Positions 13,117 through 22,596 are shown, numbered from the stretch's first letter. The stretch is DNA of 64,000 bases from an uncultured Pseudomonadota bacterium (GCA_963774325.1 CAVZEF010000006.1:1214003-1278002); one strand, 5' to 3'. Translations and numbers: made by a program. Notes: generated by a model from the sequence alone, not told the origin.

Positions 13117-13578
13117 ATGAGGACCGTGGAGGAATTGACCGCCGCTCTCGCTTTGGCGCCTTTAGCGCACCGCGACGCCAGACGCCGCGGTCCCGCTGAT
13201 CCGACATCCTTCACTGATTTGGAGTCACGCTTTCAAGTCAAACTCCCTTTCGACGTTCGCGCCTTCTATTCCAGGATGGACGGGACCGACCTGCTGGACG
13301 CCGAGCACGGCCTGACGACACTTTGGCCACTGGATCGCTGGACTCGCCTCGACCAAGAGGCCCCGCAGTACGCCACGGATGCCCCCGCCGGCGCCATCGT
13401 CCTCGCGGACTATTCACTCTGGTGCTGGGCGTATGCGGCCGAATTCGAACCTGGGACTGAGCGGACGATCGTACACATTGTCGGAGGCCCTGGCGGCGTG
13501 CCAATCGCGGAGACCTTCACAGAATTCCTTGAGTTAGTGGTGACAAACAGTCCGCGCCTCTTTGGGGAGGCTGGCTAA
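13117..13578 (+). CDS. Cassette ORF 2: SMI1/KNR4 (SUKH-1) family immunity-like protein
   Basis: Translation ...FDVRAFYSRMDGTDLLD...TTLWPLDRW...IVLADYSLWCWAYAAEF...IVHIVGGPGGVPIAETFTEFLELVV matches SUKH hallmarks. Confidence 0.6.
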   Translation: MRTVEELTAALALAPLAHRDARRRGPADPTSFTDLESRFQVKLPFDVRAFYSRMDGTDLLDAEHGLTTLWPLDRWTRLDQEAPQYATDAPAGAIVLADYSLWCWAYAAEFEPGTERTIVHIVGGPGGVPIAETFTEFLELVVTNSPRLFGEAG

Positions 13579-13635
13579 CCGCGCGTTGCAGAGGACGGCG
13601 GTTCGCGCCGCTGCTGAACGCCAGTATCGTTGGGC
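13573..13635 (+). repeat. attC-like site 2 (63 nt)
   Basis: The stop codon is embedded in GGCTAAC. GCGTT-G-CAG pairs with CTG-AACGC with a bulged G. Then CAGTATC and GTTGGGC, 7 nt before ATG 13643. Confidence 0.6.
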
Positions 13636-13642
13636 AGACGAG

Positions 13643-13927
13643 ATGTCCTTGGGAGCTGGGCCTAAGGTCGAAGAATGGCGGCGGAGTTCTGCCGCCCTTC
13701 CGATCGAATGGAAGGGAAACCTTGGAGACGACTGCACGGCCACGTGGGCAGGCCTCACGTTGCGAGCCGAATCCATGAAGCGGGGCTCCTGGTGGTGGGC
13801 GGTCAACGATGATCGCAGCGGCGAGACGATCGATTCTTCGAACGAGTCCACCGAGCGGTTCACGAATGGAAAGCAGGCGCGCGCAGCTGCCGAGCGTGTC
13901 GCGAGGAAGTGGCTCGCGGGGCTGTAG
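13643..13927 (+). CDS. Cassette ORF 3: small hypothetical protein (94 aa), immunity-like
   Basis: Translation MSLGAGPKVEEWRRSSAALPIEWKGN...GSWWWAVNDDRSGETIDSSNESTERF... Start taken at the ATG just after the GTTGGGC box. The track ORF 13562 start lies inside the attC site. Confidence 0.5.
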   Translation: MSLGAGPKVEEWRRSSAALPIEWKGNLGDDCTATWAGLTLRAESMKRGSWWWAVNDDRSGETIDSSNESTERFTNGKQARAAAERVARKWLAGL

Positions 13928-13932
13928 CTGCC

Positions 13933-14020
13933 CAACAACGCGTTGCAGCTGTCGGCCGCCCTCGGTCGGCGCTTCGCGCCTCCCTCTAGCGTTTGCAGCT
14001 CAACGCCAGTAACGTTCGAC
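13933..14020 (+). repeat. attC-like site 3 (88 nt, with a duplicated GCGTTGCAG module)
   Basis: Elements in order: CAACAAC; GCGTTGCAGCTG; GCGTTTGCAGCTCAACGC; AACGCCAGTAAC; GTTCGAC, 10 nt before ATG 14031. Confidence 0.5.
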
Positions 14021-14030
14021 GGACGGCGAG

Positions 14031-14435
14031 ATGCGGTTCTCAGGAGTAGTGGCCTTTGTCGTACTCTTGGGGTGCGCCGGACCGGGAACGGTGACGGTCG
14101 GACGGAGTCTCGAGGGAGTCCAGTTCAGTTTCTCTCGCGGAGGCGCGGAGGGACTGGAGTTGATCGGGGTAGAGGTATTCGAATGGAATAGCGGTGTCCG
14201 GGGTAGCACCGTGTGCACGCTCGGTTTGAAGGCCGTTGTCCAGACGCATCCTTCGACTCTGGTTCGCTGGGTCTATGGCAACGCGCCTCCCGACGGTGAA
14301 TACCGGGTAAGCGGCTGCGTCGCTCTCGTCCCAGGCCGCGACTACGGTGTCGCAGGGTTTCGATACGACCACCGCATCGTATTGACCCGGTTCCGAGTCG
14401 TGAAAGACGGCTCAGTGATCGGAGACGCGAAGTAG
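14031..14435 (+). CDS. Cassette ORF 4: small lipoprotein (lipobox LLGC)
   Basis: Translation MRFSGVVAFVVLLGCAGPG... gives signal peptide plus Cys. It is a beta-rich 134-aa protein. Confidence 0.55.
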   Translation: MRFSGVVAFVVLLGCAGPGTVTVGRSLEGVQFSFSRGGAEGLELIGVEVFEWNSGVRGSTVCTLGLKAVVQTHPSTLVRWVYGNAPPDGEYRVSGCVALVPGRDYGVAGFRYDHRIVLTRFRVVKDGSVIGDAK

Positions 14436-14469
14436 GAGCAGCTTGTGTCCCCTCCGCGTCTCGCCTGCC

Positions 14470-14542
14470 CGTGGCGCCGTCCATCCCGGCGTTGAACCTG
14501 CCGGCGCTTGCGCGCCGCAGGTTAACGCCAGTAACGTTAGAC
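14470..14542 (+). repeat. attC-like site 4
   Basis: GGCGTT-G-AACCTGC pairs with GCAGGTT-AACGCC (one unpaired G). Then AGTAAC and GTTAGAC, 13 nt before GTG 14556. Confidence 0.5.
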
Positions 14543-14555
14543 TGAGAAGCGAACT

Positions 14556-14857
14556 GTGGCCCACTATCGAGTCTTTCTGCGCGGCGCGAACTTCCTAGTG
14601 AACGTCGACGCGAGGCGAGGCCGACGCGGATCGGCTTCTTCACGACGCGCTTCGTTCAGGCGAATAGTCGCGACGGAGCGGAGCTTCTGGCGGTAGATCT
14701 GATCCGAAGCGATAAATGGCTCAGAGGTGCCGTGTCCAACTCCCCATCGGACCCTCCGCGGATCTTCGCCGAGGAAATCGAGGTGGTCGAAGCCGACCAT
14801 GATCCTGGCTTAGGGTCCGGCTTCAGCCTCTTCCCGATGGACGCCTCCGACGCCTGA
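14556..14857 (+). CDS. Cassette ORF 5: hypothetical protein, disrupted by one frameshift near 14605
   Basis: Frame a gives VAHYRVFLRGANFLVNVD. It then shifts into the frame reading EARPTRIGFFTTRFVQANSRDGAELLAVDLIRSDKW...FPMDASDA*. GC3 favours the plus strand over the antisense ORF 14564..14800. Confidence 0.3.
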
Positions 14858-14869
14858 GCCGTGATCCCC

Positions 14870-14912
14870 GTCTAACCCCCCCGGTCCAACCCGGCGTTGC
14901 CGTCGGGCAAAG
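14870..14912 (+). repeat. Degenerate attC-like site 5
   Basis: GTCTAAC lies 13 nt after the stop codon, followed by GGCGTTGCCGTCGGGCAAAGC, a weak palindrome. Confidence 0.25.
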
Positions 14913-15082
14913 CATGACGATAGGCGTGCCGCGACCGCAGAAATCTGAGGGTCGTCGGGCGACAGCACCCCCATGCATTCGTTGGAAGCCCAGGAGAAGG
15001 GGGGACAATGAACAGTTCTGCGTTATCCTGGGCGTGGTCTTGGCGGGCACGAAAAATGCTCCGAGGGAGAGCCGGGGGATAG

Positions 15083-16183
15083 ATGAAGCCAGAACATCGC
15101 GATCGGACCAGGGCAACGATGGCTGTCGCTCTGGGGCTCGCGCTCTTCGCCGGCTGCGGCGACCAGGCGGGCGACAACGGAGTCGCTCCCGGAACAACCT
15201 CCAGCCCGGCTGGGGCAATTGCCATCGCGTCGGACGCGACCGGACAAAAGCTCGTGGTGGTGGGTGGTGGCATCTGGACATCGATCAACGGCGGCAAGAC
15301 GTGGATCGAGCGGGCGCCGTCCGGGCCGGCGCACATTCAGCAATGGACGTCGGTCGCGTCCGACGCGACGGGGACGAACCTCGTTGCGGTGGTCAATGGT
15401 TTTTATGATCGGCCCGATTCGAATCCGGCAGAGTTCAGCGGGGACGTTTGGGGTTCGGCCGACAGCGGCGCGACCTGGATCGACCGGACCGCGTCCAGCC
15501 CCGCCCATGGCCAAGCGTGGAGGTCCATCGCGTCGGATGCGTCGGGAACGAAGCTGGTCGCCGTGACGGCCGGCTTGGGTGCCTTTGGACCCGGCGCCAT
15601 CTGGACGTCGACCGACGCTGGCTCGACCTGGACCAACCGGACCGGGGCCAATGCTGCGATGAGCGGACAAAGTTGGTCGTCGGTCGCGTCAGATGCGACC
15701 GGGCAGAACCTGGTCGCCGCGGGCAGGGGCTCTGGCGTCTGGGCTTCGCTCGATGGCGGTATGACCTGGACGGACCGCACGCCTGCCGACCCCAAGTTCC
15801 AAGCTAGTTTCGGGGACCAGGTGCAAGGCTGGTCGTCCGTCGCATCCGACGCGACCGGGACCAAGCTCGTCTCGGCCGTCGACGTGGGGGACGTCTGGAC
15901 GTCGACCAACGGTGGCGTCACGTGGAGCGATACCGGCCCTGCGACGTCCTGGCAGGTTTGGTTTTCGGTGGCGTCGGATTCCACGGGGACGAACCTGGTT
16001 GCGGTCGATGGGCTCGTGAGCGGCGACAACGGGGACGTCTGGACGTCGACCAACGGCGGCCTGACCTGGACTGACCAGACTACCGGGAACCAAGCGGCAG
16101 GCGGGCCCTGGGACGCGGTCGCGTTGAACGCGGCCGGGGATCACGTGGTTGCCATCGGACGCGGCGCGATCTGGCGACAGTAA
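15083..16183 (+). CDS. Cassette ORF 6: lipoprotein with ~8 BNR/Asp-box (sialidase-like SxDxGxTW) repeats
   Basis: Translation MKPEHRDRTRATMAVALGLALFAGCG has a lipobox. Repeated motifs include SxNGGKTW, SADSGATW, STDAGSTW, SLDGGMTW, STNGGVTW and STNGGLTW. Confidence 0.75.
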   Translation: MKPEHRDRTRATMAVALGLALFAGCGDQAGDNGVAPGTTSSPAGAIAIASDATGQKLVVVGGGIWTSINGGKTWIERAPSGPAHIQQWTSVASDATGTNLVAVVNGFYDRPDSNPAEFSGDVWGSADSGATWIDRTASSPAHGQAWRSIASDASGTKLVAVTAGLGAFGPGAIWTSTDAGSTWTNRTGANAAMSGQSWSSVASDATGQNLVAAGRGSGVWASLDGGMTWTDRTPADPKFQASFGDQVQGWSSVASDATGTKLVSAVDVGDVWTSTNGGVTWSDTGPATSWQVWFSVASDSTGTNLVAVDGLVSGDNGDVWTSTNGGLTWTDQTTGNQAAGGPWDAVALNAAGDHVVAIGRGAIWRQ

Positions 16184-16373
16184 CCAAGCAGCGTGAATCA
16201 GCAAGTGCAGGGTTGCGCCCTGCCGCTGATCGGCAGATCGCTGGACGGACAAGGGAGCCAAGGTCGCCGAGTGTCCTTATCGAAATCCGGCGCGTGATTC
16301 TCGCCGCAGAAGAATCACACGTCATGGAGGCGATTCACTCCCCGCTACGAGAAGCCTCACGATATCCGGCGGC

Positions 16374-16769
16374 GTGCTTGCAGGTCCCGGGGCTCTGGCC
16401 TTGGCGAGCTCTGATTGGTACTTCGGATTCGCCGATCATCGGGCGCCACACGACGCGTGGCTGCTATCAGCCTCATTCGAAGAGACGGGGACTGGCACGC
16501 GTAGCGAGGAGCGACACGTCTCGTTGCGAGTGCGTCTGCTCGGCGCCTACCATGACTTTGAGCTGGAGTTCTTCTATCCGAAGGTCTTCTCGTACACGTT
16601 CCAGGCGGGTGCCCTGAACTCCGGCCACGGCGACTGGCGGTACGACGAGTTTCGCCTGAGCGACGACGGACACCTCGTACACGAGATCCAGTGGTGCCGA
16701 GAGGCACACGAACCGACGTGGCTGATTCACGCGGACGATGTCGTCTTCACGTCGCGCGCCGCCGGCTAA
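16374..16769 (+). CDS. Cassette ORF 7: hypothetical immunity-like protein. The N-terminus may extend to ATG 16322 with a frameshift.
   Basis: Translation ...SDWYFGFADHRAPHDAWLLSASFEE...HGDWRYDEFRLSDDGHLVHEIQWCREAHEPTWLIHADDVVF. The stop TAA is embedded in GGCTAAC. Confidence 0.45.
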   Translation: MLAGPGALALASSDWYFGFADHRAPHDAWLLSASFEETGTGTRSEERHVSLRVRLLGAYHDFELEFFYPKVFSYTFQAGALNSGHGDWRYDEFRLSDDGHLVHEIQWCREAHEPTWLIHADDVVFTSRAAG

Positions 16770-16838
16770 CCGCCGTTGCAGCGGGCGGAGATCGCACCGC
16801 GACTTCTATCCGACGCCGAGTACAAGGCGGCGTTTAGC
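16764..16838 (+). repeat. attC-like site 7 (last in the array)
   Basis: GGCTAAC-C-GCCGTTGCAGCGGG ... GGCGGCGTTTAGCGC, with a GTTTAGC box. Confidence 0.4.
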
Positions 16839-16929
16839 GCTCGCTCTTCGCCCGCTCCTTTTCAGCCATTGACGCCCCGGTGTTCCCCGAGGAATTAGCC
16901 GGCCGTGTTACCTTAAGCGCCACTTATCG

Positions 16930-17814
16930 ATGCAGGTCGCGCGGCTGGAGGGCTTTTACTGGGTGGCGCGCACCGGCGGCTATGCAGCGGCGGCGCGCGC
17001 GTTCCCCTACCCGCTGACCCAGCCCGCGGTGTTTCAGCAGGTGCGCAAGCTGGAGAACGAGCTGGGCGTTCGCCTGTTCGAGCGGGTGGGCAAGGCCGAG
17101 ATGCGACTGACCGCCGCGGGCCGACAGCTCTACGATCACGCCGCGCCGTTCTTCGAACGGTTGCCGGCCGTGGAGCGCGCGCTCAAGGCGGCGACGCCCG
17201 CGCGCGAGCTGCGCCTGGCGGCCGAGGCGCTGATCCTGCAGCAGGTGTTGCCGGGCTGGATCCGCCGCCTGCAGCGCCGCGAGCCCGATCTGCGCGTCGA
17301 CGTGCGCGAGCTGGCGGCGCCCGATCCAGAGGTGGTGCGCAACGGCGAGGTCGATCTGGCGGTCGCCTACTTCCCGAACGCCCTCCCCGCGGGTCTGGCC
17401 AGCCGGCCGGTCGCGACGCTGAGCTCGTTCCTGGTCTTGCCGGCGGGCGGGTTGCTCGCGCGGCGGCCGCGCGTCACGCTGCGCGACCTGGCGAGCGAGA
17501 CCTTCGTGACCTACAACCCGGGCACCATCCACCACGAGCTGCAGCGCCGCGCGCTGGCCCGCAGCGGCGCCGCGCCCGCGCGGCTCGTCTCGGCGAGCAC
17601 GACCGAGGCGATCCTGGGCCTGGTCGCCGTGGGCGTCGGCTGCTCGCTGGTCCCCTCGATCGACGAGGCGCTGCTGCGCCGGCGCGGCGTGGTCACGCGT
17701 CCGTTTGCTCCCGGGCGGGGCCGCTTCCCGGTGCGCGCGGTGTGGCGTGCGACCGGCCCCGCGAACCCAGCCGTCGATCTTGCGCTGGGGGCGCTCGGCG
17801 AGACGAACCGCTGA
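16930..17814 (+). CDS. LysR-family transcriptional regulator
   Basis: The N-terminal HTH reads MQVARLEGFYWVARTGGYAAAARAFPYPLTQPAVFQQVRKLENELGVRLFER, followed by a LysR substrate-binding domain. It is intact. Confidence 0.85.
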   Translation: MQVARLEGFYWVARTGGYAAAARAFPYPLTQPAVFQQVRKLENELGVRLFERVGKAEMRLTAAGRQLYDHAAPFFERLPAVERALKAATPARELRLAAEALILQQVLPGWIRRLQRREPDLRVDVRELAAPDPEVVRNGEVDLAVAYFPNALPAGLASRPVATLSSFLVLPAGGLLARRPRVTLRDLASETFVTYNPGTIHHELQRRALARSGAAPARLVSASTTEAILGLVAVGVGCSLVPSIDEALLRRRGVVTRPFAPGRGRFPVRAVWRATGPANPAVDLALGALGETNR

Positions 17815-17839
17815 AGCGGCGCTGGGGGCCGTCGGCTGA

Positions 17840-20800
17840 TCACTTCGTGGCCAGGTCCGGCACGGCCGACGCCGCAATCGTGAGGTGCGGCTCCCGGACG
17901 GGCTGCCTCCGCAGGCCCACGCCGCGAACCACCACGTAGAAGACCGGCGTCAGCACCAGACCGAAGAACGTCACGCCGAGCATGCCGGCGAAGACGGCGA
18001 CGCCCATGGCTTGCCGGATCTCGGCGCCGGCGCCCGTCGACATGACCAGCGGGATGACGCCCATGATGAAGGCGAACGACGTCATCAGGATCGGGCGCAG
18101 GCGGATGCGCGCGGCCTCGAGCGCCGCCTCGACGGGCGATCGGCCCTGATGCTCGAGCTCGCGCGCGAACTCGACGATCAGGATGGCGTTCTTGCAGGCG
18201 AGGCCGATCAGCACCAGGAAGCCGACCTGGGTGAAGACGTTGTTGTCCCCGCCGGTCAGCCAGATGCCGGCGGCCGCGCACAGCAGGCACATCGGCACGA
18301 TCAGGATCACCGCGACCGGCAGCGACCAGCTCTCGTACTGCGCGGCCAGCACCAGGAACACCAGCAGCACGCACAGCAGGAAGACCAGCCCGGTGGTGTT
18401 GCCCGCCAGCTGCTGCTGGTACGTGAGCTCGGTCCACTCGAAGCCGACGCCGTTGGGCAGGGTCTCGCGCGCGAGGCGCTCCATCACCGCGACCGCCTGC
18501 GCCCGAGCTGACGCCGGGCGCCGGCCCGCCGTTGATGTCGGCGGCGAGATAGGCGTTGTAGTGCAGTCTGCTGGTCGGGACCGCGCGACTGACTTCACGC
18601 GCAGCACCGATCCGAGCGGCACCATCGCGCCATCGGCGTTGCGCACCTTGAGCTGGGCGATGTTCTCGGCGGTGGCGCGGAATGTGCGCGTCGGCCTGCG
18701 ACGATCACCTGATAGGTGCGGCCGAAGCGGTTGAAGTCGTTGACGTAGACGCGAGCCCGAGGTAGATCTGCATCGTGCGGAAGACCTCGGTGAGCGACAG
18801 GCCCGCCTGCTTGACCTTCTCGCGGTCGACGTCGACGTCGAGCTGCGGCACGTCGATGCGACTAGCTCGAGAACAGGCCGGCCAGCTCCGGGGTCTGGTA
18901 CGCGCGCGACCGATCAGCGCTTGTGTCGCCTTGGCCAGCTCCTCCTCGCCGAGCCCGGCGCGATCCTCGATCTCCATCTTGAACCCACCGACGGTGCCGA
19001 GGCCCATGACCGGCGGTGGCGGGAAGACGGCGACGAACGCGTCCTGGATGCCCGCGAACTTCTGGTTCAGCGCCCCGGCGATCGCCGGGCCGTAGAGCTC
19101 CTTGGTCCGCCGCTCTTCGAACGGCGTCAGCGCAAAGAAGATGATGCCGGCGTTGGACGCGTTGACGAATCCGTTGATCGACAGGCCCGGGAACTGCACG
19201 GCGCCCGACGATGCCCGGCTGCTTGAGGCCGATCTCCGCCATCTTGCGCACCACGTCGTCGTGCGATCCAGCGTGGCGCGCGTCCGGGAGCTGGGCGAAG
19301 GCGACCAGGTAGCGCTTGTCCTGCGTCGGCACGAAGCCGCTCGGCAGGCGCGAGAACCCGAACGCCGTCACCGCCAGCAGCCCGCCGTAGACCAGCGAGC
19401 GCCACACCGCGCCGCCGGACGATCCGGCCCGCCGCGCGTCCGTAGGCATTCGGACGCGCGCACGAACAGGCGGTTGAAGCGGCGGAACAACCAGCCGAAC
19501 AGGAAGTCGAGCACGACGCGTCAGGCGGTCCGGCGTGGCGCCGTGCGAGCGCAGCAGGATCGCGCTCAGCGCCGGCGACAGCGTCAGCGAGTTGATGGCC
19601 GAGATCACCGTCGAGAACGCGATGGTCAGCGCGAACTGCCGGTAGAACTGTCCGGTCAGGCCGCTGACGAACGCCACCGGCACGAACACCGCGCACAGCA
19701 CCAGCGCGATGGCGATGATGGGCCGGCTCACTTCCTCCATCGCCTTGTAGCTGGCCTCGCGCGGCGACAGGCCGGCGGCGATGTTGCGCTCGACGTTCTC
19801 GACCACGACGATGGCGTCGTCGACGACGATGCCGATGGCCAGCACCAGGCCGAACAGCGACAGCGTGTTGATCGAGAAGCCGAACGCCAGCAGGACGGCG
19901 AACGTGCCGACGATCGAGACCGGCACCGCGACCAGCGGGATGATCGAGGCGCGCCAGGTCTGCAGGAACAGCACGACGACGATCACGACCAGCAGGATCG
20001 CCTCGAACAGCGTCTTGGCCACCTCGGCGATACCCTCGCGCACGTTGGTGGTCGGGTCGTAGACGACCTCGTATCCGATGCCCTGGGGGAAGTTGTGCGA
20101 CAGCTGCTCCATGGTCTCGCGCACCGTGCTCGACACCTTGAGCGCGTTCGAGCCCGGCGCCTGGAAGATGGCCATCGCCACCGCGTCCTTGTTGTCGAGC
20201 AGCGAGCGCAACGAGTAGCTGCCCGACCGCCAGCTCGACGCGCGCCACGTCGCCGAGGCGCGTGATCTGGCCGCCGGCGCCGGTCTTGACGACGATGTCG
20301 CGAAACTCGTCCTCGGTGGTCAGCCGCCCGCGCGCGTTGACGGTCAACGTGAAGTCGACCGGCTTGTCCATGGGCATGCCGCCCACCACGCCGGCCGCGA
20401 CCTGAACGTTCTGGTCGCGGATGGCGGCGACGACGTCGCGACGCGGACAGCCCGCGCGCCGCGACCTCGCTCGGGTCGAGCCACACGCGCATGGCGTAGT
20501 CGCCGGCGCCGAAGAGCACCACCTGCCCCACGCCGGGAATGCGAGCCAGAACGTCCTTCACTTGAAGCACGGCGTAGTTGCGCAGGTACACCATGTCGTA
20601 GCGGTTGTCGGGCGAGACCAGGTGCACGACCATCGTGATGTTGGGCGAGCTCTTGACCGTGGTGACGCCGAGCTGCCGCACCTCCTCGGGCAGGCGTGGC
20701 AGCGCCTGGCTGACGCGGTTTTGCACCTGCACCTGCGCGAGATCCGACGTCGGTGCCCACGCGGAAGGTCACGGTCAGCGTGCAGCGCGCCGTCCGACGT

Positions 20801-21052
20801 CGCCTGCGACGACATGTAGAGCATGTTCTCGACGCCGTTGATCTGCTCCTCGAGCGGCGCGGCGACGGCCTCGGCCAGCACGCGCGGGTTGGCGCCCGGA
20901 TAGACGGCGCGCACGACGATCGAGGGCGGCACGACCTCGGGGTACTCGCTGATCGGCAGCGCGAAGATGGAGATCGCGCCGGCGATGAAGATGACGATCG
21001 ACAGCGCGGCCGCGAAGATCGGACGATCGATGAAGAAGCGAGAGAAACGCAT
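17840..21052 (-). pseudogene. RND efflux transporter (AcrB/HAE1 family), interrupted by at least 6 frameshifts
   Basis: ORF fragments 20558..21052 (MRFSRFFIDRPIFAAALSIVIF...), 19983..20732, 19127..20389, 18862..20211, 18705..19199 and 17840..18646 each carry clean AcrB sequence, then switch frame. Confidence 0.75.
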
Positions 21053-21112
21053 GGCGGCTCCTGTGACTCTTCTCGGACCTTGGGGACGTTACGATTGAGG
21101 CTTGCGCGGCGA

Positions 21113-22287
21113 TCAGGGATTCGCGCCGGGCTCGCGCGCGTCGGCCAGCATGGGGACGGAGGTGGCGGTCACCCGCATGCCCGGCCGCACGCGCTGCAAG
21201 CCGTTGACGACGACCTTCTCGCCGGGCTTGAGACGCCGGCGGCCACGACGCGGTAGCCGTCGATGAGCCGGCCGAGCTGGACGGGACGGTACTCGACGGT
21301 GCTGTCGGGCTTGACGACCAGCACGAACTTCTTGTCCTGGTCGGTGCCCACGGCGCGGTCGCTCACCAGCGTGGCCGGGTAAGCGGCGCCGCCCACCAGC
21401 TTGAGGCGAGCGTAGAGGCCGGGCGTGAACTGGCGATCCTTGTTGGAGAAGATCGCGCGCGCCCGCACGGTGCCGGTGCGCGGATCCAGCTGATTGTCGA
21501 AGAACTCGACGTAGCCCTCGTGCGGGAACGCGTCGCCTTCACTGGCCGTGCCGAGCAGGATGCGCGCGCGCCGGTCGCGCGGGCCGCTCCCGGCCTTCGC
21601 CGCGTATCTGAGATAGCTGCGTTCGTCGGCGTCGAAGGATGCGTAGATCGGATCCTGCGACACCACCGTGGTCAGACGCGCGGCGCCTCCCGCCTGGACC
21701 AGGTTCCCGACCGTGACCTCGGCGCGCCCGACGCGCCCATGGATGGGTGAGCGCACCCGGGTCCACTCCAGATTCAGTCGCGCCATCGCCAGCGCGGCCT
21801 CGGCGGCGCGCACGGCCGCCGCCGCGCGCTCGGCGCCCGCCGTCCGGTTGTCCAGATCTTCACGCGAGATCGCTTCGCCGGCCGCGAGCTGCTTCGAGCG
21901 CTCGAGGGCGCGAGCGGCCAGCGCCGCGGCGCTGCGCGACTGGGCCAGCTCGGCTTCGACGCGCGCCATCTCCGCCTGATAGGGCCGGCGATCGATCTCG
22001 AACAGGACATCGTTCTTGCGGACCTCCTTGCCGGCGGCGAACACGACGCGCTCGATGTAGCCCGAGACGCGCGGGCGGATCTCGACGGACTCGACCGCCT
22101 CGAGGCGACCGATGAACTCATCCCAATCGGTGATCGTGCGTTGCTCGGCGGCGGCCACGGTCACGGCCGGCGGCGGCGGCGCCGCCGGCGCCGCCTGCGC
22201 GGCCCCGCGGCAACCCATCTGCAAAAGCGCCGCGCCCAGCATGGTGATGCTCGAGGCGCCGCGCGCGAGCTCTCTCATTCGTTTCAT
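21113..22287 (-). CDS. RND efflux membrane fusion protein (HlyD/AcrA family), with one frameshift near the 3' end (~21235)
   Basis: Translation MKRMRELARGASSITMLGAALLQMGC... shows coiled-coil and beta-barrel MFP domains. The C-terminus GLKPGEKVVVNGLQRVRPGMRV... sits in another frame. Confidence 0.7.
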
Positions 22288-22596
22288 GTCGCGCTCCATT
22301 TCTCGTTGTGCGGAATCGCTGTGCCTTTACGTCCGTCCGCACATTGCAACCGCCAGGCCGATCGCAGGAGCAGGCGGTGACGGCGGATCGTTCGACCTCG
22401 CGGCGAGAGGAGAGCCGCGTGTCGTCGGAGATCGGACAACAGCTGTCGGAAACGGGGCAAGCGTTTCGCCGTCGAAATGAAGACGCGCCGCGCTCGCCGA
22501 GGTCGGCACGACGCTCGCAATACAGGCGATCGTCGTCGAAGAAAGACGAAGAGAAGAAGAGAACAAGTAGCAAGTAGATCGAAAGGAAGGATCGTC

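Larger units (their letters stand above)
12066..16900 (+). mobile_element. Integron-like gene-cassette array / CALIN: seven co-oriented cassette ORFs separated by attC-like sites, anchored at tRNA-Val and an integrase remnant
   Basis: See the repeat features and findings. GC is about 60% against ~70% in the flanks. ORFs sit back to back with no obvious promoters. A conserved motif recurs after each stop. Confidence 0.6.

Noticed and set aside
14564-14800. 78-aa - strand ORF antisense to cassette 5
   Set aside because: GC3 is markedly higher in the + strand frame. The + strand reading also fits the cassette orientation and the attC-box spacing.
12482-16900. Possible CRISPR array, because of regularly spaced palindromic repeats
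   Set aside because: The spacers are 300-1100 nt protein-coding ORFs rather than 30-40 nt. The repeats are imperfect palindromes with AAC/GTT boxes and variable length, and no cas genes are present. This fits attC sites, not CRISPR.
16800-16930. Direct repeat of the tRNA-Val 3' end (an attR) at the distal end of the island
   Set aside because: I searched by eye for GTTCAATCCCTGCAACGCCCA-like sequence and found none, so classical tRNA-island boundaries are not demonstrated.
22303-22322. Possible sigma-54 promoter (- strand AGGCAC-AGCGA-TTCCGC) about 20 nt upstream of the MFP gene
   Set aside because: The -12 element reads TTCC instead of the near-invariant TTGC. The -24 GG is present, but the match is too weak to call.
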